A stretch of DNA of 64,000 bases from Lachnospiraceae bacterium (GTDB lineage: Bacteria; Bacillota; Clostridia; Lachnospirales; Lachnospiraceae): the NCBI GenBank assembly GCA_045628025.1, contig JAZQOU010000006.1, forward strand, positions 44,968-108,967, read 5' to 3'. The notes below the pieces were generated by a model. The model worked only from the letters and a program-made list of their open reading frames with translations. It was not told the DNA's origin and made no database searches. Both the position numbers and the translations under genes were made by a program. Every line of letters starts with the position of its first letter. The stretch's first letter is position 1. Shown here in pieces: positions 50,078-60,124 of the stretch.

Positions 50078-50851
50078 ATGAATAATTCATTAGTTAAAAC
50101 GAGTAATTTAAGCGTGGGTTATGGCAACAAAATTGTTGTAGATAACATTGAAATAGAATTATGCAAAGGTAAAATTATTACCTTAATTGGACCTAATGGG
50201 GCAGGTAAGTCTACAATTCTTAAAACAATATGCGGGCAGCTTAAAGCACTAAATGGTGATGTATATATACAAAATCAAAGAATTAATAATATTCAAAAAA
50301 GCGACTTGGCTCAAAATATGGCAGTGTTATTTACAACTGATGTAATAAAGGAGCAGGTAAGCTGTTTTGATGTTGTTGCGCTTGGAAGATATCCATATAC
50401 TGGAATACTAGGTAAGCTCTCTGAAAAGGATGTACAGGTTGTCGAAGAGACAATGAAATCAACATCTGTGTACGATTTAAGGGACACACAATTTGATGAG
50501 TTGTCTGATGGTCAAAGACAAAGAGTCTTATTAGCCAGAGCTTTATGTCAAGAACCTAAGATTTTACTGCTTGATGAGCCCACAACATTTTTAGATGTTA
50601 AGTATAGATTGGAATTTTTGAGTTTAATTTTAAAGCAGGCTAGAGAAAATGGTCTTGCAATTATAATGTCCTTGCATGAACTTGATATGGCAAGACAAAT
50701 ATCGGATGAAATATTGTGTATAAAAGATAATTTAGTAGTAAAAAAAGGTAGCCCAGATGAAGTCTTTAAGACAGGTTATATAAATGAACTTTTTGATATA
50801 AAAATGGGAAGCTATGATGAAAAAAACTATAGAGCATTGTTAAATTTGTAA
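50078..50851 (+). CDS. FecE/BtuD-type ABC ATPase
   Basis: GPNGAGKS, GRYPY, LSDGQRQRV, LDEPT, SLHEL. Confidence 0.93.
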   Translation: MNNSLVKTSNLSVGYGNKIVVDNIEIELCKGKIITLIGPNGAGKSTILKTICGQLKALNGDVYIQNQRINNIQKSDLAQNMAVLFTTDVIKEQVSCFDVVALGRYPYTGILGKLSEKDVQVVEETMKSTSVYDLRDTQFDELSDGQRQRVLLARALCQEPKILLLDEPTTFLDVKYRLEFLSLILKQARENGLAIIMSLHELDMARQISDEILCIKDNLVVKKGSPDEVFKTGYINELFDIKMGSYDEKNYRALLNL

Positions 50852-50869
50852 ATTTGTGAGGACAAAAAA

Positions 50870-52369
50870 GTGGCAAAAGCTTTAATGGTACAAGGCACTA
50901 TGAGTAGTGCAGGTAAAAGCTATATAGTAACTGGATTGTGCAGATATTATACAAAAAAAGGATATAGGGTTGCTCCATTTAAGTCACAGAATATGGCGTT
51001 GAATTCATTTGTAACGACGGATGGGTTAGAAATGGGTAGAGCTCAGGTGGTTCAGGCATATGCGTGTAATAAAGAGCCATCAGTTTTTATGAACCCGATA
51101 CTATTAAAGCCTACAACGGATATAGGATCACAGATTATAGTAGAGGGTAAACCTATTGGCAATATGAAGGCAGCAGAGTATTTTGCCTTTAAAAAGAACC
51201 TGATACCAAATATCATACACGCGTATGATTTGTTGGCAGAAGAAAATGATATTATCATTGTCGAAGGTGCCGGTTCTCCAGCGGAGATTAATCTAAAAGA
51301 GAATGATATAGTAAATATGGGATTGGCAAAGCTTTTAGACATACCCGTTGTGCTTGTAGGAGATATAGATCCGGGTGGAGTGTTTGCTCAGTTGCTAGGT
51401 ACAATAGACCTTTTAGATGAAAATGAAAGGTCCAGGATAAAGGGCTTGATAATTAACAAATTTAGAGGTGATGTTAATCTTTTAAAGCCAGGCATTAGAA
51501 TGTTGGAGGATAAATGTAATAAGCCAGTGCTTGGCGTAGTTAAAATGACTTCAGCTGATATAGAAGAAGAGGATAGTATAACTAGTGCTTTCCATAAAAC
51601 TAATGATATGGATGCATACATAGATATAGCTGTAATTAAACTGCCAAGAATATCAAATTTTACTGATTTTGATCCACTCGAAAGAATAGATGGTATTGGC
51701 GTAAGATATGTTACAAAACCTATAGAAATTCAAAGCCCTGACTTAATTATTATACCGGGAACAAAATCAACAATATCAGATTTGCATTGGCTTAAAGAAA
51801 CAGGTCTTTTTGATGCTATAAGAGGATATTCTAAAGATGTGCCTATATTAGGCATATGCGGTGGAATGCAAATGCTTGGAGACATAGTAGATGACAGCGA
51901 TAAAGTAGAAGGTGAATCAACTATAGAGACAGGGCTTGGACTTTTGCCTATAGAAACCAAGTTGTGCGACGAAAAGCAAACAAGACAATGCGAGGGACGC
52001 TTTGAAAAAATAGAGGGCTTTTTTAGTAGTTTTAGTGGCGTTAACTATTTGGGATATGAAATACATAATGGTATAACAAAAGAAACTAATGGCTTGCAAA
52101 CAAATCAAAATGGGGATTGTGTATGTAATTTTTCAAATGGCGAAAAAGTTTTTGGAACATACATTCATGGTATTTTTGATAACGCGAGTGTTGTTGATGC
52201 TTTAATTGCAGCGTTAATGCAGGCAAAAGGAATTGCCGGAAAAAATAGGAACAAAGACTTTTATGCTATAAATTCTAATGATTATAGAAATGAGCAGTAT
52301 GACATTATTGCAAAGTCATTAGAAGAAGCATTGGATTTTCAATTAATTGATAAGATACTAGGTCTATGA
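50870..52369 (+). CDS. cbiP: Cobyric acid synthase (CbiP/CobQ)
   Basis: QGTMSSAGKS, PFKSQNM, EGAGSPAEINL, SNFTDF, GICGGMQMLG, GTYIHG. Confidence 0.96.
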   Translation: MAKALMVQGTMSSAGKSYIVTGLCRYYTKKGYRVAPFKSQNMALNSFVTTDGLEMGRAQVVQAYACNKEPSVFMNPILLKPTTDIGSQIIVEGKPIGNMKAAEYFAFKKNLIPNIIHAYDLLAEENDIIIVEGAGSPAEINLKENDIVNMGLAKLLDIPVVLVGDIDPGGVFAQLLGTIDLLDENERSRIKGLIINKFRGDVNLLKPGIRMLEDKCNKPVLGVVKMTSADIEEEDSITSAFHKTNDMDAYIDIAVIKLPRISNFTDFDPLERIDGIGVRYVTKPIEIQSPDLIIIPGTKSTISDLHWLKETGLFDAIRGYSKDVPILGICGGMQMLGDIVDDSDKVEGESTIETGLGLLPIETKLCDEKQTRQCEGRFEKIEGFFSSFSGVNYLGYEIHNGITKETNGLQTNQNGDCVCNFSNGEKVFGTYIHGIFDNASVVDALIAALMQAKGIAGKNRNKDFYAINSNDYRNEQYDIIAKSLEEALDFQLIDKILGL

Positions 52370-53394
52370 TAAACGAAAATTATTATAAAAGAATAAGAAA
52401 AAACTGGGATGATTTAGCAAAGCCTTTAGACTCATTAGGCTATTTTGAAGAAACTTTGAGTAGGATGGGAGCTATACTTTCTGATGAAGGTATAGGAATA
52501 GAAAAGGCGACGCTTGCAGTTTTGATTGCTGATAATGGCATAATTGCTCAAGGAATATCACAGTCTGATGAGAGTGTGACAACAAATGTGGCAAAGGCTA
52601 TAGCCCAGGGAAATTCATCTGTTTGCCATATGGCAAAGCAGGCAAATGTAAAAGTGCTTCCATTTAATGTGGGAATGAAGGAAGAGCTTAAAATATCGGG
52701 AATTAATAACGAATTTCTAGTGTCAAATGGAACAAATGATTTTTCGGTAAAACCTGCGATGAGCATGGAGCAGGTAGAACAGGCAATAAATAATGGAAAA
52801 TCCATCATTAGTCGCATTTATGATGATGGCGATAGAGTGGTTTTGTTGGGAGAAATGGGAATAGGCAATACAACTACTTCAACAGCTGTGATTGCTTCTT
52901 TGCTAGGATTAGAGGCAAAAGATATATGCGGTAGAGGGGCCGGTCTATCAGACGAAGGCCTGGAAAAAAAGAAAAAGATAATTGATACTGCTATAAATAA
53001 ATACGATTTATATAGAGCAGATCCAATAGAGGTGCTTAGAACAGTAGGTGGGTATGATATAGCAGCTATGGTTGGAATAATTCTTGAAGCCATTGAATTA
53101 AAAATTCCAATTATATTAGATGGACTTATCACGACTGCAGCGGCATTAGTGGCCTATAAGATAGATAGCAGAGTATCCGATGTAATATTCTTTTCACACA
53201 AAGGAAGAGAAAAGGGGATAGAAAAAGTGGCAAAAGTATTTAAACAGGTTCCTGTAATTGATGGATCGCTTGCTTTAGGAGAAGGAACTGGAGCAGTTAT
53301 TTATTATTCCTGCCTTAAGACAGCCTTATCTTTGTATTCAGGACATACGCTTTTTGAAGACATGTCAATTGATAAGTATAAAAGATTTGAATAA
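52366..53394 (+). CDS. cobT: Nicotinate-nucleotide:lower-base phosphoribosyltransferase
   Basis: KPLDSLG, ADNG, GEMGIGNTT, GRGAGL, LGEGTGA. Confidence 0.95.
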   Translation: MINENYYKRIRKNWDDLAKPLDSLGYFEETLSRMGAILSDEGIGIEKATLAVLIADNGIIAQGISQSDESVTTNVAKAIAQGNSSVCHMAKQANVKVLPFNVGMKEELKISGINNEFLVSNGTNDFSVKPAMSMEQVEQAINNGKSIISRIYDDGDRVVLLGEMGIGNTTTSTAVIASLLGLEAKDICGRGAGLSDEGLEKKKKIIDTAINKYDLYRADPIEVLRTVGGYDIAAMVGIILEAIELKIPIILDGLITTAAALVAYKIDSRVSDVIFFSHKGREKGIEKVAKVFKQVPVIDGSLALGEGTGAVIYYSCLKTALSLYSGHTLFEDMSIDKYKRFE

Positions 53395-53406
53395 GAGGAA
53401 TAGGCA

Positions 53407-53961
53407 ATGATAGTGGTTTATGGAGCTGGCTCAAGTGGAAAATCAAAGATTGCAGAGGACATAGCTTGCATGTTGTCAAACAATGAAAAGAGACTTTATT
53501 ATTGGGCAACCATGGAAAAAGAAAGCACAGAGGCTAAATGTCGGATTAAAAATCATAGACAAATGAGAGCTAATAAGGGCTTCATAACGATAGAAGAGGA
53601 AGAAAGCATCCTGGCATATTTAAAAGAACTTGATGGACAAGTTGTGCTATTAGAGTGTATGTCGAATCTTCTGGCAAACAAAATATATAAAGCTAAAGGA
53701 GCTTCTATAATGACAGCTTCTGATCAAAATAAAATTATAAAAGAAGTTTTAGGTGAAATATTAGTTTTAAACAAATCGACAGAGTTAGTGATAGTAACAA
53801 ATAATGTTTTTGGTAATTATTATTCTAATGACGCTTGGTGTGATACTTATATGAAAGTGCTTGGACATATTAATCAGCTTCTGGCAAAAGAGGCAAATAC
53901 GTTTATTGAAGTAACTTCTGGTATTCCAGTGTTTTTAAAAGGAGAAAATTATTGGCAGTAA
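53407..53961 (+). CDS. cobU: Adenosylcobinamide kinase/guanylyltransferase (CobU-like)
   Basis: GAGSSGKS, ATM, RIKNHRQMR, LLECMSNLLAN, NQLLA..GIP. Confidence 0.9.
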   Translation: MIVVYGAGSSGKSKIAEDIACMLSNNEKRLYYWATMEKESTEAKCRIKNHRQMRANKGFITIEEEESILAYLKELDGQVVLLECMSNLLANKIYKAKGASIMTASDQNKIIKEVLGEILVLNKSTELVIVTNNVFGNYYSNDAWCDTYMKVLGHINQLLAKEANTFIEVTSGIPVFLKGENYWQ

Positions 53962-54710
53962 TAAAATCTTTTATAAGTGCAATAGGTTTATATTCGAGAA
54001 TTCCTATGCCATCAATTAAATACAAAGAGAAAGAGGATAGATTTGCAATTGCTTTTTTTCCGTTTATAGGAATTATTTGCATGGGAGTTATTCTTTTACT
54101 TGTAAAATTCCAACAGGTGTTTAATATTAGCGATATTGTTGCCAGAACTATTATATGTGTAATTCCATTATTTTTAACAGGGGGTATACACCTCGATGGT
54201 TTTATTGATTGTATGGATGCAATACATTGCTATGAAGGAACAGATAAAAGACATGCAATATTAAAGGATGCACATATAGGTGCATTTAGCATAATTAAAT
54301 TACTTGAATTATGTGCAGTATGGTTTGCTTGTATTATGACGATTAATGAAGAAAATATAATATTGTTTGCGCTAGGATTTGTGATATCAAGAGCACTAAG
54401 TGGTATTGCACTTTTATCTTTTAGACCGGCAAAAGAAACTGGAATGGCATCTTTTGAAAGAAAGCATTCGAGCAAAGCATGTAAACCATGGCTTTTTATA
54501 TGGTTGTTAGCAGGCTTTATAACTGCATCGTATTTATATGAATTTAAGGCTTTAATAGCAGAAGCAGTATGTGTTTTTTGCTTTTATTATTATAAGCATT
54601 GCGTATATAGAGATTTTGATGGGATAACAGGAGATACAGAAGGCTGTTTTCTGGTAATGACTGAAACAGCATGGCTGGTTGCAGTCGCAATAGGAGGATT
54701 ATTGCTGTGA
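53952..54710 (+). CDS. cobS: Cobalamin synthase
   Basis: YSRIP, TGGIHLDGFIDCMD, ILKDAHIGAF, GITGD. Confidence 0.94.
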   Translation: MAVIKSFISAIGLYSRIPMPSIKYKEKEDRFAIAFFPFIGIICMGVILLLVKFQQVFNISDIVARTIICVIPLFLTGGIHLDGFIDCMDAIHCYEGTDKRHAILKDAHIGAFSIIKLLELCAVWFACIMTINEENIILFALGFVISRALSGIALLSFRPAKETGMASFERKHSSKACKPWLFIWLLAGFITASYLYEFKALIAEAVCVFCFYYYKHCVYRDFDGITGDTEGCFLVMTETAWLVAVAIGGLLL

Positions 54711-55039
54711 GACTGATTTTAGGAGGCATTTATCAGGGACGAGAAGAATATGCAAAGAGTAAATATGGAGAAGATATAACCATATACAGAGGGCTTCATA
54801 GTGATGTTAGTGATTTGATTAGTGAAAATACAGACGTTGAAGCTATTATAGATACTATATTTGAGAAGGTAGGGAAATATGATGTGATTATTGCAGAGGA
54901 GACCTTCTCAGGCCTTATGCCTATAAAAAAGGATGAAAAGATGCTTTGTGAAGTATATGGAAAGATATTAGAAAAAATAGCAATAGAGGCAGAAACAGTG
55001 GAGCGAGTGGTATGCAGTTTGGGAATGAATTTGAAATAG
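54707..55039 (+). CDS. Short degenerate CobU-like protein
   Basis: GTG 54707 after GGAGG; LILGGIYQGR, SGLMP, EAETVERVVCSLG resemble the CobU termini. Confidence 0.75.
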   Translation: MRLILGGIYQGREEYAKSKYGEDITIYRGLHSDVSDLISENTDVEAIIDTIFEKVGKYDVIIAEETFSGLMPIKKDEKMLCEVYGKILEKIAIEAETVERVVCSLGMNLK

Positions 55040-55641
55040 ACGTTTGTTTCATCAGGCATGGCATGACACCATCAAATAAAGAGAAGAAATATATATCTTT
55101 TACAGATGAGGCGCTGAGCGAAGAGGGCAAGCAGTTAATAAAAAAACTTGCAAGTAATAATAACTATTATCCTGATGCTGAAATGGTTTTTACCAGTAGT
55201 TTAAAAAGAACGCATGAAACTGCTAAATTAATATATCCTAAAACAAACAGAATTGAAATTAAAGAGTTGGATGAAATAAATTTTGGCGAGTTTGAATTAA
55301 AAACCTACGAGGAGCTAAAGGCTGTTCCAGAGTATGTATGCTGGCTTGAAAGCGGATGCAGGTCAAAGATTCCAGGCGGAGAGTCTATGGACATATTTGT
55401 TTCAAGACAGATGGAGGGCCTAAAAAGAATTCTATTTATGGCAAAGGAAAAAACGGCAATTTCTATAGTTACGCATGGTGGAACTGTGATGAGTATATTT
55501 AGTACTTTATTAGATTGTGAATATTATAAGTACATGCTTGAAAATGGCGGATATATAGTTGCTCACATTAAATATAGAATTCTGGAGAATAATGATGTTG
55601 AAATATCATTTTTTAGCCCTACTGCTAGGAACAGTACTTGA
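55012..55641 (+). CDS. cobC: Histidine phosphatase (CobC-like)
   Basis: FIRHG, SSLKRTHETA, EINFGEFE, PGGES, VTHGG; operon context. Confidence 0.82.
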   Translation: MQFGNEFEIDVCFIRHGMTPSNKEKKYISFTDEALSEEGKQLIKKLASNNNYYPDAEMVFTSSLKRTHETAKLIYPKTNRIEIKELDEINFGEFELKTYEELKAVPEYVCWLESGCRSKIPGGESMDIFVSRQMEGLKRILFMAKEKTAISIVTHGGTVMSIFSTLLDCEYYKYMLENGGYIVAHIKYRILENNDVEISFFSPTARNST

Positions 55642-56566
55642 TTATTTTATAGGAGATCCACATAAAATCCCTCATCCGGTTGTGTTAATTGGAAATTTGA
55701 TAAGTGGGCTGGAAGCTAAGTTAAATAAATCTAAAGATTTAACATCAAAACAAAAGCAGCAAAGAGGTCAGGTACTAGTGATAATAGTTTTGGTTATTAC
55801 ATTTATCAGCAGTACATTATTAATATATCTGTCCTATTATTTGAACGTTTTTTGTGGCTTGATTGTTGAAATGATTTTGTCTTGCTATTGTCTTGCATTT
55901 AGATCATTGGTAAAAGAAAGCACAGCTGTTACACAAGCATATGAGCAAGAAGGAATTGAAGCTGCAAGAAAAAGCCTCTCAATGATAGTTGGTAGGGATA
56001 CCTATAATTTAGATTTTAAGGATGTTCTGAAAGCTGATGTGGAGACGATAGCAGAAAATTCATCTGACGGAATTATTGCTCCATTTATATATTTGCTATT
56101 GGGTGGTCCATCACTAGGGTTGACCTATAAGGCAATAAATACAATGGATTCTATGCTGGGATATCATAATGATAAATATGAGGATTTTGGAAAAGCTGCA
56201 GCAATAATGGATGATATAGTAAATATTATTCCAAGCAGAGTTACAGCAATAATAGTGATATTATGTTCAAGACTATTTGGAAGAGAATACGATTATAAAG
56301 AAGCAAAAGCAGTTTATAAAAGAGACAGATATAATCATAAGTCACCAAATTCTGCCCAGTCTGAGTCTGCATTTGCAGGGGCACTTGGGCTCATGCTGGG
56401 AGGGCCATCATACTATTTTGGAAAATTGGTTGAAAAGCCTTATATAGGAAATCAAAAAAAGACTATAGAAACTGATGATGTAAAAAGAGCCAATAGATTA
56501 TTAACAATTATGTTTGTATCATGTCAGTTACTTTGTCTGATATTGTTATTGGTATCATGTTTATAA
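55592..56566 (+). CDS. cbiB: Adenosylcobinamide-phosphate synthase
   Basis: GDPHKIPHPV, IVGRDT, AENSSDGIIAP, YKAINTMDSMLGY, SPNS; start ATG 55592 after GGAG. Confidence 0.95.
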   Translation: MMLKYHFLALLLGTVLDYFIGDPHKIPHPVVLIGNLISGLEAKLNKSKDLTSKQKQQRGQVLVIIVLVITFISSTLLIYLSYYLNVFCGLIVEMILSCYCLAFRSLVKESTAVTQAYEQEGIEAARKSLSMIVGRDTYNLDFKDVLKADVETIAENSSDGIIAPFIYLLLGGPSLGLTYKAINTMDSMLGYHNDKYEDFGKAAAIMDDIVNIIPSRVTAIIVILCSRLFGREYDYKEAKAVYKRDRYNHKSPNSAQSESAFAGALGLMLGGPSYYFGKLVEKPYIGNQKKTIETDDVKRANRLLTIMFVSCQLLCLILLLVSCL

Positions 56567-56585
56567 ACTATGGAAAGAGGACGTA

Positions 56586-57587
56586 ATGAAGGAAATACAT
56601 GGTGGAGATGTGTATTCAAAGGAAATAGAATATGATTTCTCGGTGAACATTAACCCTTTAGGATTTCCTGATTGTTTTGAAGCTGTATTTGATGATTATA
56701 AAGATGAACTGATCAGGTATCCAGAATATGATTCGACTTCACTAAAGGAGGCTCTTGCTGAGCACATAAATGTAGATGTAAATCGTATTGTAATAACTGC
56801 TGGAGCATCAGAAGCTTTTGTGGGACTGTGTCGAAGTGACATTACAGATGGATATGTAATGACACCAAGTTTCTTTGGATATGAATATGCTCTAAACAGC
56901 GTAGACGCAAAGATTCATAGAATAAATATAGCCGAAGAATTGTTTCAAATAACTAATTATAATAATTCAGTAGTTTTTATAGCAAATCCTAATAATCCTG
57001 ATGGCAAAATAATGGATTGTAATAGTATTGAAAGTATAATAAGTCACGTAGTATCAAAAGGCGGAAGTGTCATTGTTGATGAGAGCTTTTTACCATTAAC
57101 AAACAGATACAACGAAACAATGATAGGTAAGGCATTAGATGACAATGTATATATTGTAAGAAGCTTTACAAAAACATTTGCTATTCCAGGCATAAGATTA
57201 GGATATGTGGTTTGTAAAGATGAGATGTCTGCTATGAAATTAAAAAGAAAACTTCCAGAGTGGAATGTTTCATCATTTGCAATAAAGATAGGTCTGAAGG
57301 CTTTAGAATCATATGACTATTTGGCAAAAGCAAGGCAGATAATAGATGTTGAGAGACGGTATTTAGAAGAATCGTTTGATGAATTGGGATTGAACTACAT
57401 TAAATCATCAGCAAATTATATATTGTTTAGAGGTCCCAAAAAGTTGAAGGAAAAGTTAATCAATAAAAGAATCTTAATAAGAGATTGTAGTAATTATTAT
57501 GGACTTGGTGAGGGATACTATAGAGTGGCAGTAAAAACGCATGATGAAAATGCGTTACTTGTAGAAGCATTAAGAGAGTGTATATGA
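56586..57587 (+). CDS. cobD: Threonine-phosphate decarboxylase (CobD-like, PLP enzyme)
   Basis: HGGD..DFSVNINPLG, NPNNPDG, VDESF, RSFTKTFAIPGIRLGY, IRDCSNY. Confidence 0.88.
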   Translation: MKEIHGGDVYSKEIEYDFSVNINPLGFPDCFEAVFDDYKDELIRYPEYDSTSLKEALAEHINVDVNRIVITAGASEAFVGLCRSDITDGYVMTPSFFGYEYALNSVDAKIHRINIAEELFQITNYNNSVVFIANPNNPDGKIMDCNSIESIISHVVSKGGSVIVDESFLPLTNRYNETMIGKALDDNVYIVRSFTKTFAIPGIRLGYVVCKDEMSAMKLKRKLPEWNVSSFAIKIGLKALESYDYLAKARQIIDVERRYLEESFDELGLNYIKSSANYILFRGPKKLKEKLINKRILIRDCSNYYGLGEGYYRVAVKTHDENALLVEALRECI

Positions 57588-58222
57588 GCGAGCAATTGTA
57601 TATAAAACCGGAAGAAATAGAAAAAGAAAGTTTTAGAATAATACAGAGTATATTAGATGAAAACGAAATTGTCTTAGCTGAAGAAAAAGCTCCTATAATA
57701 AAGAGAGTAATACATACAACAGCAGATTTTTCTTTTGCAGAAACATTAGGATTTACAGAAGATGCAGTCGCTAAAGGTATAGAGCTAATAAGATGTGGAG
57801 CGACGATAATTACAGACACGAATATGACTCTTGCAGGAATTAATAAAAGAGTTGAAAGAAGAGGATGCTCTGTAGTGTGTTTTATGTCTGATGAAGATGT
57901 GGCATTGGAGGCAAAGCAAAGGGGAATAACCAGAGCTACAGCTTCCATGGAAAGAGCCATGAGAATTAACGGACCCAAAATAATTGCAATAGGTAATGCA
58001 CCTACGGCATTAATTGAGTTACATAGAATTTTTATGGAAACAGGAAACAAGCCTGACCTATTAATCGGACTGCCAGTGGGGTTTGTAAATGTTGAGTATT
58101 CAAAAGAATTATTTATTAACAGCGGTGTGGATTATATTATAAACTTCGGAAGAAAAGGTGGAAGTAATGTTGCAGCGGCTGTAATAAATGCACTTTCATT
58201 AATGGCAGAAAGTAATGAATAA
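57584..58222 (+). CDS. cbiC: Cobalt-precorrin-8 methylmutase
   Basis: PEEIEKESFRII, RVIHTTADF, GNAPTAL, PVGFVNV, GRKGGSNVAAA. Confidence 0.95.
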   Translation: MSEQLYIKPEEIEKESFRIIQSILDENEIVLAEEKAPIIKRVIHTTADFSFAETLGFTEDAVAKGIELIRCGATIITDTNMTLAGINKRVERRGCSVVCFMSDEDVALEAKQRGITRATASMERAMRINGPKIIAIGNAPTALIELHRIFMETGNKPDLLIGLPVGFVNVEYSKELFINSGVDYIINFGRKGGSNVAAAVINALSLMAESNE

Positions 58223-59351
58223 AAGAACGATGAATAGTAATCTCGAAAAAGGCTTTACTACGGGCAGCTGTGCAGCGGCGGCTGCAAAAGCGGCTACATA
58301 TATGCTGTTTACGGGTAAAGAAATTCAAACAATCAAAATAACAACACCTGTTGGTATTATATATGATACTGCTCTTGAAGATATTGATATTCAAAGTGAG
58401 TATGTTAGTTGTGGAGTTAGAAAAAGGTCTGGTGATGATCCCGATATCACAAATCAAATTCTTATATGTGCAAGGGTTTGGTTAAAAGAAGACGATACAG
58501 CTGAAGAAAAAATAAGCATAAAAGGTGGAAAAGGTGTTGGTGTTGTTACAAGACCAGGACTTGAAATGCCGATAGGTGAATGGGCGATTAATAGTACGCC
58601 AAGAAAGATGATAAAAAATGAGGTGCTGGAGGTTCTTGAAACCTTTGATTATAAAGGCAATGCTATAGTAGAAATTTTTGTGCCTGAAGGTGAAGAAATA
58701 GCAAATAAAACATTTAATCCACATATGGGAATAGAGGGTGGAATATCTATTTTAGGGACGACAGGTATTGTTGAGCCAATGAGTAACGATGCTTTATTGA
58801 GGACTATAAAGCTTGACATAAGTCAAAAGTATAAAGAGGGACATGAGTGTGCAATTATGGTCCCAGGGAATTATGGACAAACATTTTTAGAAAAACAATT
58901 CGGTATAAATAAAGAGGCAATCATTCATTTCTCTAATTATATAGGTTTCGCTATAGATACAGCTGTAGAGTTAGGGTTTAAAAAAATATTAATTGTTGGT
59001 CATACGGGAAAGCTGGTCAAGGTTTCTGGGGGAATAATGAATACTCATTCAAGGGAAGCTGATTCCAGAATGGAACTTATGGCGGCGGCTACAATAGAAG
59101 CATGTGAAAGAAGAAAGATAGCATTAGATAGCAAACTGCTTGTCAGAATAATGGGACAGGTCACAACAACTGCTGTGCTTGAAATACTAGAAGAAGAGGG
59201 ATTATTAAAGGATGTATCTGCTGTTCTTTTAGAAAAGATACTTTATTATACTAGAAAAAGAGCCAGGGAAGAAATAAAGCTTGAGGTTATGCTGTATGAG
59301 AATAACTTTGGCCTTTTGGCCAGTTCGGATGGAGCAAAGGAGCTTTTATGA
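58215..59351 (+). CDS. cbiD: Cobalt-precorrin-5B C1-methyltransferase
   Basis: GFTTGSCAAAAAKAA, GDDPDIT, GVGVVTRPGL, GGISILGTTGIVEPMS. Confidence 0.96.
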   Translation: MNKRTMNSNLEKGFTTGSCAAAAAKAATYMLFTGKEIQTIKITTPVGIIYDTALEDIDIQSEYVSCGVRKRSGDDPDITNQILICARVWLKEDDTAEEKISIKGGKGVGVVTRPGLEMPIGEWAINSTPRKMIKNEVLEVLETFDYKGNAIVEIFVPEGEEIANKTFNPHMGIEGGISILGTTGIVEPMSNDALLRTIKLDISQKYKEGHECAIMVPGNYGQTFLEKQFGINKEAIIHFSNYIGFAIDTAVELGFKKILIVGHTGKLVKVSGGIMNTHSREADSRMELMAAATIEACERRKIALDSKLLVRIMGQVTTTAVLEILEEEGLLKDVSAVLLEKILYYTRKRAREEIKLEVMLYENNFGLLASSDGAKELL

Positions 59352-60109
59352 TACATTTTGTAGGTGCAGGCTGTGGAGCAACAGACTTAATAACTGTAAG
59401 AGGAGCAAAGCTTTTAGAGAAGGCTGATGTGGTAATATATGCAGGCTCTTTAGTTAGTAAAGAAATGCTAAATTACTGCAAAAATGATGTCATTGTTTAT
59501 GACTCGTCAAAAATGACACTAGATGAAGTGCTAAAGATAATGATTCCTTTTGCAAGAGAAGATAAAAACATTGTTAGACTTCATACAGGAGATCCTTCGT
59601 TGTATGGGGCAATTAAAGAGCAAATGGAAGCTTTGAAAGAGGCTAACATTGAATACGATGTTACCCCAGGCGTGACAGCAGCATTTGGAGCTGCAGCCAG
59701 CATGGGCGTAGAACTGACACTTCCAGGAGTAACACAGACTGTTATATTTACTCGGGTAGAAGGAAGAACACCTATGCCTGAAAAAGAGTCTATAAGAGAG
59801 CTTGCTGTTCATGGAGCGTCGATGGCAGTGTACCTGTCGGCTGTCAGAGTTGAAGAACTGCAAAGACAGTTAATTGAGGGTGGCTATGATGTAGATACGC
59901 CTGTGGCAATTTGCTATAAGGTGTCTTGGCCAGAAGAAAGAATCATAATGTCAAACGTAGAAAAAATGGTTGAAGATACGTTTGATAATCAATTAAATTT
60001 GACTACTCTTTATATAATATCGAAGGCAATAGATACAGAAAAGTTTGATAAAAGCAGATTATACTCATCGGATTTTTCAACTGCTTTTAGAATGGCTAGA
60101 GATGATTAA
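59348..60109 (+). CDS. cbiF: Cobalt-precorrin-4 C11-methyltransferase
   Basis: FVGAGCGATDLITVRG, YAGSLV, RLHTGDPSLYGAIKEQ, ELTLPGVTQT, SRLY. Confidence 0.95.
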   Translation: MIHFVGAGCGATDLITVRGAKLLEKADVVIYAGSLVSKEMLNYCKNDVIVYDSSKMTLDEVLKIMIPFAREDKNIVRLHTGDPSLYGAIKEQMEALKEANIEYDVTPGVTAAFGAAASMGVELTLPGVTQTVIFTRVEGRTPMPEKESIRELAVHGASMAVYLSAVRVEELQRQLIEGGYDVDTPVAICYKVSWPEERIIMSNVEKMVEDTFDNQLNLTTLYIISKAIDTEKFDKSRLYSSDFSTAFRMARDD

Positions 60110-60124
60110 AATGGAGATTTGCTC

